The notes under the pieces were generated by a model. That model ran no database searches and was not told where the DNA came from. It worked only from the letters and a program-made list of their open reading frames with translations. From positions 1,024,001-1,088,000 of the forward strand of contig OZ241917.1 in NCBI GenBank assembly GCA_965203805.1: a stretch of DNA of 64,000 nt, in the 5' to 3' direction. This DNA is from Candidatus Latescibacterota bacterium. Lineage in GTDB: Bacteria > Latescibacterota > UBA2968 > GCA-2709665. Below are positions 39,720 through 49,102 of this stretch, piece after piece; the first letter of the stretch is position 1; every line of letters begins with the position of its first letter. The position numbers were made by a program, and so were the translations under genes.

Positions 39720-39790
39720 TATATAAGCACCTGCTTTCAAGTCCGTTCCGCCCGATTGACACCCCTTGTCTCGCACGGACAGGATACCAC

Positions 39791-42154
39791 GTGGCGACAT
39801 CACCGTATCCGGCATCCGGCGCGCTCATCCGCGACGAACTGCCGGAATCCGTTCTCTCTCAGCTGAACAATATCCTCGATTCGAGAGAGGAAATCCTGCT
39901 CTCCGCCACGACGGATTTGAGGTTGGACGGTTCCTACGGCCCGGCGTGGCTGGTAGCGACCGGTCGACATCTGATAGGTGTCAGCCCCGCCGAAAACGGG
40001 CGCTGCGAGACCCTCAGCATTCCCCTCGCCGAGGTTACCCGCGTGGAAGTCAGGGAGCTCTTCGGCAGTGGGGTGCTCAGGATACGGACCGCGGGAAATG
40101 GCGCCTCCCTGGCCTTCTTCACCAAGACCCTTCTTTCCAAGTTTTCGCCGGTTCCCTCGCAGATTGAACGTCTCGTCCGGCAAGCCAAACCCGTTCCCGA
40201 GGACACGCAGATTTCCGACTCGAGCGTGGACGGATTTGCCGGCCGAAAGAAGCGGTGTGAACGTTGCCAGCAGGTGATCCCGCACTGGATGGGCGTCTGC
40301 CCGATGTGCCTGGATTCCCGCAGGCTGCTCTTCCGGCTGCTGGGTTACGCGAAGCCCTATTGGCAGACGGCGGTCGGCAGCCTTCTCCTTCTCCTTACCG
40401 CGACGTTCATCGGCCTGACGCCGCCGCTGCTGATGCGCACCCTCATCGACGACGTCCTTGTTGCCGACACGGGCGGCTCGAACCCGGCAGCGACCCTGAT
40501 CCCCGCCGAACCGCGTTCTTCCGTCCCCAGAAGCCAGGCTCCGTCGCCGCCTTCCGGGATGGACAAGCCCACCATGCTCGCCGTTCTGGTGCTGCTCCTT
40601 CTGCTGGTCAACCTATCCAGAAACGGGCTCAGCGCCGTACGAACCTACCTGCTGGCAAAGCTCGGTCAGCGTATCACTTTCGATCTTCGCAAAGAGGTCT
40701 ATCGACACCTCCACTATCTCTCGCTCAGTTTCTATAATGAGCGGGAGACAGGGCGCATCATGTCGAACATCACCCAGGACGTCAGCCGACTTCAGGACTT
40801 CATCTCTGACGGCCTCCAGGAAATTATCCGCGACATCGCCACGATCGTCATCATCTGCATCATCCTCTTTTCGCTGAACCCCGCTCTCGCGGCCTTCGTC
40901 CTGATACCCACCCCCCTGCTGATCCTGTTTACCCGTTACTTCGGAAGAAGGCTGCATGACCTCTATCATGGTCTCTGGCGCCGCTGGGCGGATATCCACG
41001 CTCTGCTGGCGGATACGATCCCGGGGGTGCGCGTGGTCAAGGCCTTCGCCCAGGAAAAGCGAGAGGTAAGCAAGTTCGAGAACAGGAGCTGGGGCCTGCT
41101 CTCGGGTGAAATCCGCGTGGCGAGAGTTCGCAGCACGTTTACGCCCATCATGACGTTCCTCACATCACTGGGGACCCTCATCATCTGGTGGATGGGCGGC
41201 AACAAAGTCCTTGGCGGCACCCTGTCGCTCGGCGAATTCGTCGCATTCACGGGATACATGTGGCAATTCTACGGACCGGTGGAAAGCCTGTGCCGTCTCA
41301 ATCACCGATTCCAGCGCGCGGCGACGTCGGCCGAGCGTATTTTCGAGGTCCTCGATACACAGTCCGACGTTGCGGAACGGCCGGGCGCCGGCGCCATGCC
41401 GCGCATTGCGGGTTCCGTGGAATTCTCCGGGGTCACGTTTTCGTACGAACCGGGTAAACCCATCCTCAAGGATCTGAATTTCAGAGTGGAACCGGGAGAA
41501 ATGATCGGACTCGCCGGTCACAGCGGCGCAGGCAAGAGCACCCTTATCAACCTGATCTGCAGGTTCTACGATATCCAGAAAGGCGACATCCTGGTCGACG
41601 ACCGGGACATCCGGGACGTCTCCCTCAAGTCCCTGAGGGCGCAGATCGGCGTGGTCCTGCAGGATCCGTTCCTGTTCAACGGTTCTGTTGCGGAAAACAT
41701 CGCCTATGGCAAACCCGGCGCAACGCTGGACGAGATCGTCGCGGCCGCGAAGGCGGCAAACGCGCACGATTTCATACTGGACTTTCCCGAGGGTTACGAC
41801 ACGCCCGTGGGCGAACGAGGTCTGCGCGTCTCGGGCGGTGAGCGCCAGCGACTTTCCATTGCGCGCGCGATCCTGAGGAATCCCCGCATTCTTATCCTCG
41901 ACGAAGCAACCGCCAGCGTGGACACTGAAACCGAGGCTCAGATCCAGGACGCCATTGCGCGTCTGATCGAGGGTCGGACCACCTTTGCAATCGCCCACCG
42001 CCTGTCGACGCTCAAGAATGCCAACCGCCTGCTGATCCTCGACAAGGGCGAACTGGCCGAGATCGGAACGCACGACGAACTCATTCGACGGGACGGCATC
42101 TACGCCCGGCTGTGCCGCATGCAGACCGAAATGTCCAAGTTACGCGCCTGGTAA
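39791..42154 (+). CDS. ABC exporter (fused TMD and NBD) with an N-terminal soluble domain and CxxC...CxxC ribbon
   Basis: Walker A GHSGAGKST, QDPFLF, VSGGERQR, ILDEAT, IAHRLST; six-TM domain; CERC...CPMC before TM1; GTG start. Confidence 0.92.
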   Translation: MATSPYPASGALIRDELPESVLSQLNNILDSREEILLSATTDLRLDGSYGPAWLVATGRHLIGVSPAENGRCETLSIPLAEVTRVEVRELFGSGVLRIRTAGNGASLAFFTKTLLSKFSPVPSQIERLVRQAKPVPEDTQISDSSVDGFAGRKKRCERCQQVIPHWMGVCPMCLDSRRLLFRLLGYAKPYWQTAVGSLLLLLTATFIGLTPPLLMRTLIDDVLVADTGGSNPAATLIPAEPRSSVPRSQAPSPPSGMDKPTMLAVLVLLLLLVNLSRNGLSAVRTYLLAKLGQRITFDLRKEVYRHLHYLSLSFYNERETGRIMSNITQDVSRLQDFISDGLQEIIRDIATIVIICIILFSLNPALAAFVLIPTPLLILFTRYFGRRLHDLYHGLWRRWADIHALLADTIPGVRVVKAFAQEKREVSKFENRSWGLLSGEIRVARVRSTFTPIMTFLTSLGTLIIWWMGGNKVLGGTLSLGEFVAFTGYMWQFYGPVESLCRLNHRFQRAATSAERIFEVLDTQSDVAERPGAGAMPRIAGSVEFSGVTFSYEPGKPILKDLNFRVEPGEMIGLAGHSGAGKSTLINLICRFYDIQKGDILVDDRDIRDVSLKSLRAQIGVVLQDPFLFNGSVAENIAYGKPGATLDEIVAAAKAANAHDFILDFPEGYDTPVGERGLRVSGGERQRLSIARAILRNPRILILDEATASVDTETEAQIQDAIARLIEGRTTFAIAHRLSTLKNANRLLILDKGELAEIGTHDELIRRDGIYARLCRMQTEMSKLRAW

Positions 42155-42195
42155 CCGCAGGTCGCCCGCGCGCTTCATCAAATTCTGATTCTGTC

Positions 42196-42702
42196 ATGCA
42201 GCAAGCCTATCACCTTGAACAGGAACTGACGCTGCTGGATCCTGGCCGGATTCGCCTGCGTCGGGACGGATTCACGGACCTGATCCTGGAATACCGCGGG
42301 GAGCGGCAGCCGGTTACGGCGCACCGCGCCTTTCCTCTCACGGCGACCGGTCAATTCATCATCCTCAAGAACGAGGACGGCGCGGAGATCGGTGCGATCC
42401 GGGACATTGCGACTCTGGATGAAGAGAGCCGCGAAATCCTGGAGACCGACCTGGAACGCACCTATTTCGCGCCGGTCATTCTTCAGGTGAACAAACTCGA
42501 GGAAAACTTCCACATCCCGAAATGGGACGTGGAAACCGACCGGGGTCACCGCGTATTCGAGGTGCGCAGCCGCAGGCGCGACATTCGCATCCTGCCGGAA
42601 GGCCGCATTCTGCTGAGAGACGCGGACGGAAATCGATACGAGATTCCGGATTACAGAAAACTGGATCCGGTCAGCCGTGCATTTGTGGAAACGTTGATCT
42701 GA
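42196..42702 (+). CDS. DUF1854 domain protein
   Basis: RAFPLT....I.L...DG.EIG.I, LERTYFAPVI, WDVETDRG, L.DADGNRYEIPD..KLD..SR. Follows the ABC gene. Confidence 0.82.
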   Translation: MQQAYHLEQELTLLDPGRIRLRRDGFTDLILEYRGERQPVTAHRAFPLTATGQFIILKNEDGAEIGAIRDIATLDEESREILETDLERTYFAPVILQVNKLEENFHIPKWDVETDRGHRVFEVRSRRRDIRILPEGRILLRDADGNRYEIPDYRKLDPVSRAFVETLI

Positions 42703-42846
42703 TCTCACCGCGGCACACCCGCTTGCCGGAAACAGGCGCGCTCGGACCGGTCCTGTGATTGCGCCGGGCAGCGACATGCGCGAGGTCCCCGTGCAGCCGG
42801 CCCGGGCGGCGCATTCGCCGAGGTCACCCGGAACGGTCGTTGCAGG

Positions 42847-42885
42847 TTGTCAGCCACCGCCCGACATCGTATATTGTGTATACAC
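42847..42885 (+). promoter_or_regulatory. Putative sigma70 promoter plus palindromic operator for the Rieske protein gene
   Basis: TTGTCA-N17-TATATT (42847-42875), immediately followed by the perfect palindrome GTGTATACAC (42876-42885). Confidence 0.55.
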
Positions 42886-42923
42886 GCCCCCAATCGCCAC
42901 GCCGAACCACAGGAGACGTTCCG

Positions 42924-44774
42924 ATGAACGCGACCGCACACACCACAACGCCCGCCTCCCTCGACGGCGAAATGATCCCTCAGCCTCCCGGCGAGGATAT
43001 CGACGTCGGCAGCCTCGTCTACCACCGGCTCTGCAGGGCGGATGAATTCAGCGAAGGCGAAGGCAAACCGTTTACCGTCAGCGGGTCCCATATTGCCGTC
43101 TTCCTGTACAACGGCGAGTTCCAGGCCGTCGACAACCGCTGTCCGCACATGGGCTATCCAATGTCCAAGGGGAGCGTCCGGGACGGGGTGCTGATCTGCC
43201 ACTGGCATCACTGGGAGTTCGACCTGAAAACGGGCGGTTGTTTCGAAACATCGGGTTCCGGAAACGACCTGAAGAGTTTTCCCGTCCAGGTCAGAGATGA
43301 CGGCTATCTCTATATCGGTATGGCCGCGGACGAACGGCAGGCGGCACGCAGGCGGATGATCGACCGGGGGCGATATATCCTGGAACAGGGTCTGAAAGAC
43401 AGAAGTTCGCTCATCATCGCCAAGGGTGTGACCGCCCTGCGCCACGCCGGCGCGTCACCGCAGGAGATCATCCAGCAGGGCCTGTTTTACGGGTCCTACA
43501 AGACCACAGACGGTTTCTCCTCGGGCCTGGCCATCCTGACGCTCTGCGCCAACCTCTGGGACGACATCGCGGACCGCGACCACAACCTGTTCCTCGTCCA
43601 CGGCCTCGTACAGATCTCCCGGCGGACGACCGGCGGCTCCCGAAGACAGGGCTTTCCCTTTCCGAAGGCGACGGACGAGCCCGACCTGGCAACCCACAAA
43701 CGCTGGTTCCGGCGCCTGGTGGAACAGCGCAACAATAACGCGGCCCAGCGGATTCTGATCACACTGAATGACCGCGGTTTTCCGAAGTCGGCCATTGCCG
43801 ACACGGTCTTCACGGCTGCAACCGACTTCTATTTCACGGGCGACGGACATGCGCTGGACTTCGCCAACAAACTGTTCGAGGCTCTGGACTACGTCGACTG
43901 GGAGGGCGCCAGCGAAATCCTGCGCCCCATTGTCGTCGACCTCATCACCCGCACCCGTCACGAGGAAACGGCACGGTGGCAGGACAGTGTGCCGATCCTC
44001 GAGGATATCTTCACCCGTCTGGACGACATCTGGAATGATAACCAGCAGAACGAAGCTCCGCTGGATACGTCGGCCTTCGCCAAGGTGCTTCTGGGCGAAG
44101 AGGTCGCGCCGATCGTCTCGGAAATCGAGTCCCTTCTTCGGCGGGGAGTCGATCCCAGGGAAATCTGCCGATCCATGGTCTACGCCAGCGCCATCCGTAC
44201 CGCGCGCTTCCATCTGAAAAACGAAGGCGACTGGCACGACGTGGCCAACATCTACTCCTACGCCCACGCACTCTATCAGGCATTCCAGCGCGCGCCGTCC
44301 GGCAGTCTTCTGCGCGGCATTTTCCACGGCGCCGTATTCCTGACCTATCTGCGCTGGCTCAATATGCCGGCGGCGCGGGTGCCAAAACAAGGCCAGCGTC
44401 TGAACGGCACATTCGAGTCCGAAGCGCAGATGCTTGCGCGCCTGCAGGAATTCGCGGATTTCCAGAAGGTTTACGAAGCGGAAATTCTCGTGAACCAGTA
44501 CTTCGAGGAAAAGCGCGACATCGCCCTGCTCAAGCACGCCCTCGCCCACATTATGTTACGGGAAGACGCCGAACTGCATATGTTTCAGGTTCTGGAAGTG
44601 GCCTTCCGCCACTTCGACATCACCGACGACCCCGAAGAAAAACGAATGCATCTGCTCGCGGCCACACGGTACATCACCGCACAGAAAGTGATGAAAGCCA
44701 TTCTCTGGTCGACCGAAAACGCGGAACGGCTGCAGCGCGGGGATATGCTGAGCGAACGGGAAGACGACAATTAG
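42924..44774 (+). CDS. Rieske [2Fe-2S] domain protein with a long alpha-helical repeat C-terminus
   Basis: NRCPHMG...CHWHHWEFD Rieske motif in the first ~130 aa, then ~480 aa of helical sequence. AGGAGA RBS. Confidence 0.85.
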   Translation: MNATAHTTTPASLDGEMIPQPPGEDIDVGSLVYHRLCRADEFSEGEGKPFTVSGSHIAVFLYNGEFQAVDNRCPHMGYPMSKGSVRDGVLICHWHHWEFDLKTGGCFETSGSGNDLKSFPVQVRDDGYLYIGMAADERQAARRRMIDRGRYILEQGLKDRSSLIIAKGVTALRHAGASPQEIIQQGLFYGSYKTTDGFSSGLAILTLCANLWDDIADRDHNLFLVHGLVQISRRTTGGSRRQGFPFPKATDEPDLATHKRWFRRLVEQRNNNAAQRILITLNDRGFPKSAIADTVFTAATDFYFTGDGHALDFANKLFEALDYVDWEGASEILRPIVVDLITRTRHEETARWQDSVPILEDIFTRLDDIWNDNQQNEAPLDTSAFAKVLLGEEVAPIVSEIESLLRRGVDPREICRSMVYASAIRTARFHLKNEGDWHDVANIYSYAHALYQAFQRAPSGSLLRGIFHGAVFLTYLRWLNMPAARVPKQGQRLNGTFESEAQMLARLQEFADFQKVYEAEILVNQYFEEKRDIALLKHALAHIMLREDAELHMFQVLEVAFRHFDITDDPEEKRMHLLAATRYITAQKVMKAILWSTENAERLQRGDMLSEREDDN

Positions 44775-44913
44775 TCGGGCGGATGGCCCGCATCCACAGG
44801 TCGTGTTGTTGCCTGAGCGCATTGTTGTAGATTAATCCGGCGCAGGAATTCGGGTTCATTCCGATTGCGCACGTCCATCCCAGCATGATTGCAATTTGGG
44901 GATCCTCAGACCG

Positions 44914-47900
44914 GTGAGAATTTCGGAATACGCCATCCACAAGCCCATCACCACGGTGATGGTCGCCATCAGTGTCTTCGTCCTTGGGGTCATCTCTCTC
45001 TTGCGTCTGCCCCTCGAGTACCTGCCGGACATCACGTTCCCCGTGATGTACGTCAACGTCGACTATCCTTCCTCTTCACCCGAGGAAATCGAGACGGAAA
45101 TTGTCCGGCCGCTGGAAGAGGTGATGGGGACCCTTTCCCACGTAAAGACACTGAGCTCGCGGTCTTACGCCAATCGGGGTTACGTGCGGCTGGAATTCGA
45201 GCTCAATACCGACATGGACCTTATGGCGGTCCACGTGAGGGATCGACTCGATCAGGTCAGAAACGACCTTCCCGACGACGTCGAGCGCATCACGATACGG
45301 CGGTGGAACACGGAAGACTTCCCCGTGCTGACCTACGCGCTGAGTTGGCAGGGACAGGATGCATCGGAATTGGCCAGCGTCTACGAATACACGATTCTTC
45401 CACGCTTGCAGAGGCTGGAAGGCGTTGGCAGCGTGGAAGTTCGGGGCCTGCGCGAGAAAGACCTGCTCATTGAGGTCGATCAGAACCTGTTGCATACGCA
45501 TCGTCTGGACATTCGCGCGCTCAACAGAGCGATCGGCGCCAATAACGTCAATATTTCCGCGGGTTACGTCAACGAAGCTGAGAAACGCCTGACCACGCGC
45601 ACGATCGGTGAATTCGAGAACGTGGACCAGATCCGCCGTCTACCGCTGCGCGCCGGCATTGAAGTTGGCGACGTTGCGGACGTCACCTACGACTTTCCGG
45701 AAGAAGAGGACTTCGAACGCCTCGACGGAAGGGACGCGGTGACGGTTGACATCCGCAAGGCCTCGTCGGCCAACCTGGTGGCGACCGCGGACCGCGTGAA
45801 GGCGGAATTCGAGCGAATCCGGCAGGAGATCGGCGGTGACAAGCTCCGCATGCAGGCCATCCGGGACCGTTCGCTGGACGTCACATCGGGGATCAGGAGT
45901 CTCACGCAATCCGCCATCATGGGTGGTATGCTGGCCATCTGCGTCATCTTCGTCTTTCTGCGAAATTTCCGCAGCACCCTCATCATCGGTTCCGCCATCC
46001 CGATCTCGGCTGTCACCGTATTCGTCGTCATGTACATGAGCCGCCAGGTCCTCGGCTCCAACATTACCCTCAATCTGATGTCCATGATGGGCCTCATGGT
46101 AGCGATCGGAATGCTCGTCGACCCCGCCGTCGTCGCACTGGAGAACATCTTCAGAAAACGGTACGACCAGGGCCAGGCTTCCCGCGCCGCTGCTCTTGAC
46201 GGCAGCCGCGAAATCGGAATTCCCGTGCTTGCCGCGTCGCTGACGACCATATGCGTCTTCGTGCCCATCATATTTGTGACCGACTCCCGCAGTGCACTCT
46301 TTATGCGTGATTTCGCCCTCACGGTGTGCATTTCGGTCGGCGCGTCCTTCTGCGTGGCGCTTTCCCTTATCCCCCTCGCGGCATCCCGGGCCTTTAACGA
46401 CAACCGGTCCCGTCTGGACCGCTGGCTGAAGATCGCCCTCATTCTGCTGGCGATGAGCTTTGCGGCCTATAAGGTCTACGGCGAAGGTCCTGCGGCCATC
46501 GCCGCGTGGTTTTCGGATGGCGCAAGCGGCATGGTCGCCGGTCTCTCCGGCATACCGGCCGTGGCGTGGCTGCTGCTCGCGCTCGTGGCCGCGGGCGTCG
46601 CGGGCCTGATTTATACCGCCCGTGCGGCCGGCGGAATCAAGATCCTCTACGCCAGCCTCGTCGTCACCACGCTGCGATATCGATGGAGTACCGTTGTCAC
46701 TGCCTGCGCGTTGTTGGGCGTGGGCGTCTATTTCTATACGTTGATCGAAAAGCAGCCTTATCGCTGGCAACCCACGCGACGGGTTGACGTTTCGGTCGAA
46801 TTGCCGCGAAGCTACGATATTCAGGACGCGCTGACTCTCTTCGAACGGATCGAGGGCCTTCTGCTGCCGTTGAAGGAAAATCTGGACATCGCGGCCATGA
46901 GCAGCCGGTACAGCGACCGGAGGAGCAATCGCATCACCCTTTACCTCGTGCCCGCCGACGAGGGGCGTCTCTCCACGGACGAAGTAACACGCAAAGTCAA
47001 GGCCATGCTGCCGAAAGACATTCCCGGGGTGCGTTTCAAGTCCGGGAGGACCTGGGGAAGCAGTTCCACGGGCGCCGGCGTTGAAATCAAGGGCCGGAAC
47101 CCGGATGTACTCGCCATGCTGGCAGAGGATGTCCGCCTCAGGCTGCAGGACATCCGCGGGATCCACGAAGTCGAAACCAGTCTGGAATCCGGAAACGAGG
47201 AAATCCAGGTCTCCATCAACCGGCGCCGCGCGCGGCGGTACGGACTCACGCCCTGGCAGGTTGCCACCACCGTTGCGAGCGCGCTGGGAACCAGGGGAAA
47301 CAGCAAGTTCAAGACTGAGAACGGGGAAATCGACATCGCCGTTCAACTGAAAGAAGAGGACCGGGCCACCCTCGAGCAACTCAGGAACACGTACTTCGAG
47401 AGCGACACCGGCAACATGGTCTCGTTCGCCAGCCTCGCGGATTTCCGCGTCAGAAAGGGGCCTCAGGCGCTCGAACGCGAGAACCGGATGTCCACGCTGA
47501 CCGTGTTCGCCAACACGGAACAGCGGGCCGTCTACTCCGTTGGCCGGGAAATGATGAGGCGGATGAGGATGATTCCGTTACCGGCGGGGTACTCGTGGCA
47601 GATGGACCGCCGCTTCCGCTGGATGAACCAGGAACAGGGAGAAACCAACTTTACCATGATCTTCGCGGCGCTTCTTGTCTACATGATCATGGCCGCACTG
47701 TTCGAGTCCTACGCGCACCCGTTCACCATCATGTTTTCCATTTGCTTCGCGTTCATCGGCGTCTCGTTCGGCCTGTACGCCTTCAACATTCCCATGGACA
47801 GCAACGCCACCTATGGTCTGCTCATTCTATTCGGAATCGTTGTCAACAACGGCATTGTCCTGGTAGACCATATCAACCGCTATCGGAAACAGGGCCTCTA

Positions 47901-48180
47901 CCGTCGCGACGCCATAATCCGGGGCGGACAGGACCGACTGCGTCCCATTCTGATGACCGCGACCACCACGATCCTGGGCCTGACTCCCCTGGTCCTGCCG
48001 ATGATCTACGGCACCGCGGAAGGGACCGCCCGCCGCTGGGGCCCGATCGGGTTTGTGGTGATCGCGGGGCTGATGGTGTCGACCATCCTGACGCTGGTCC
48101 TCCTGCCAACCGTGTACTCGCTGATCGACGACCTGGCGTCATACGCGAAGCGCACGGCGGCAACCGTGAGACGCGCGTGA
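44914..48180 (+). CDS. RND efflux transporter permease (AcrB/AcrD/AcrF family)
   Basis: LP.E.LPDI.FP, YPSSSPEEIE..IVRPLEE, FLRNFRST, GMLVDP, LFESY.HPF.IM, GIVVNNGIVLVD, RLRPILMT. Start uncertain (44896-44914). Confidence 0.93.
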   Translation: MRISEYAIHKPITTVMVAISVFVLGVISLLRLPLEYLPDITFPVMYVNVDYPSSSPEEIETEIVRPLEEVMGTLSHVKTLSSRSYANRGYVRLEFELNTDMDLMAVHVRDRLDQVRNDLPDDVERITIRRWNTEDFPVLTYALSWQGQDASELASVYEYTILPRLQRLEGVGSVEVRGLREKDLLIEVDQNLLHTHRLDIRALNRAIGANNVNISAGYVNEAEKRLTTRTIGEFENVDQIRRLPLRAGIEVGDVADVTYDFPEEEDFERLDGRDAVTVDIRKASSANLVATADRVKAEFERIRQEIGGDKLRMQAIRDRSLDVTSGIRSLTQSAIMGGMLAICVIFVFLRNFRSTLIIGSAIPISAVTVFVVMYMSRQVLGSNITLNLMSMMGLMVAIGMLVDPAVVALENIFRKRYDQGQASRAAALDGSREIGIPVLAASLTTICVFVPIIFVTDSRSALFMRDFALTVCISVGASFCVALSLIPLAASRAFNDNRSRLDRWLKIALILLAMSFAAYKVYGEGPAAIAAWFSDGASGMVAGLSGIPAVAWLLLALVAAGVAGLIYTARAAGGIKILYASLVVTTLRYRWSTVVTACALLGVGVYFYTLIEKQPYRWQPTRRVDVSVELPRSYDIQDALTLFERIEGLLLPLKENLDIAAMSSRYSDRRSNRITLYLVPADEGRLSTDEVTRKVKAMLPKDIPGVRFKSGRTWGSSSTGAGVEIKGRNPDVLAMLAEDVRLRLQDIRGIHEVETSLESGNEEIQVSINRRRARRYGLTPWQVATTVASALGTRGNSKFKTENGEIDIAVQLKEEDRATLEQLRNTYFESDTGNMVSFASLADFRVRKGPQALERENRMSTLTVFANTEQRAVYSVGREMMRRMRMIPLPAGYSWQMDRRFRWMNQEQGETNFTMIFAALLVYMIMAALFESYAHPFTIMFSICFAFIGVSFGLYAFNIPMDSNATYGLLILFGIVVNNGIVLVDHINRYRKQGLYRRDAIIRGGQDRLRPILMTATTTILGLTPLVLPMIYGTAEGTARRWGPIGFVVIAGLMVSTILTLVLLPTVYSLIDDLASYAKRTAATVRRA

Positions 48181-48851
48181 ACCGTCTTGCCGTTGTCCTG
48201 CTCAGCGGCGGTCTGGACAGTTGCGTTACCGCCGCCGTCGCCCGTCAGAACGACGATCTTGCCCTCCTCTTTATCGACTACGGCCAACGCACAAACGCCC
48301 GTGAACACCGTGCGTTCCTGGAAATCGCCGACCATTACGAAGTACCCGCGAGCCGCCGCCTGACCGCACGGACCGACGCATTCCGTCAGATCGGCGGTTC
48401 CGCCCTGACGGACCCAAAGGTTCCAGTTCCCGACGCCGACCTCGACCGGAACGACGTCCCCGTAACGTATGTGCCCTTCCGGAATGCCCTTCTTCTATGC
48501 CTCGGCGTTTCCTGGGCCGAGTCCGTTGGCGCCGCCAGTGTCTATCTGGGCGCTGTCGAAGAAGACGGTTCCGGGTACCCCGACTGTACGCAGGCGTTTT
48601 TTGACGCGTTCGCGCGTGCGGCGGATACCGGTACCCGCCCGGAGTCGCGGATCAGAATCCTGGCCCCTGTCATCCACCTCGACAAGCGGCAGATCATCCG
48701 GCTCGGCCTGAAGCTGGGCGCCCCGCTTCATCTCACCTGGTCGTGCTACAGAAACAGCGACCGCGCCTGCGGTCGCTGCGATAGCTGCATCCTCCGTCTG
48801 AGGGCTTTCGAGGCGGCCGGTGTCCCCGACCCCATCCACGCTGAATCCTGA
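48177..48851 (+). CDS. queC: 7-cyano-7-deazaguanine synthase
   Basis: LLSGGLDS, DYGQR, IGGSALTD, TYVPFRN, GYPDC, TWSCY...CGRCDSC..R. GTG start overlaps the RND stop (GTGA). Confidence 0.95.
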   Translation: MNRLAVVLLSGGLDSCVTAAVARQNDDLALLFIDYGQRTNAREHRAFLEIADHYEVPASRRLTARTDAFRQIGGSALTDPKVPVPDADLDRNDVPVTYVPFRNALLLCLGVSWAESVGAASVYLGAVEEDGSGYPDCTQAFFDAFARAADTGTRPESRIRILAPVIHLDKRQIIRLGLKLGAPLHLTWSCYRNSDRACGRCDSCILRLRAFEAAGVPDPIHAES

Positions 48852-49102
48852 CAATGCCAGGCGCCGGCCCGGGTTCGTTTCATTGCCGGACCGTGTCAAT
48901 TCCCTTGAGAAACCGTTTCTGGCCGCCCAGGATGATCATGGTCACCGCGCTCCTGGCTGGATGTCGGCATTCATCATCGTGCGCGATACGTGTTGCGCCC
49001 GAATGGTCCCGGGTTTCCGCCAACGGGTCTCGTATCGCCCCGCATCCGGCGACCCGCGCCTAATCGCCGCGGTCGGCAGTATTGCGATGTCATCAGGAAC
49101 GG

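Noticed and set aside
42864-42879. NrdR-box-like match upstream of the Rieske gene
   Set aside because: The left half is poor, and the match is explained by the TATATT -10 element plus the adjacent palindrome.
47595-48176. Apparent 194-aa N-terminal extension of QueC in the ORF track
   Set aside because: It is an off-frame overlap with the RND gene; QueC homology starts at GTG 48177.
48177-48851. QueC as part of an anti-phage system (QatABCD, type IV CBASS, Dpd)
   Set aside because: Length and motifs are canonical, and no TatD, P-loop ATPase, TGT/DpdA or cyclase gene is nearby.
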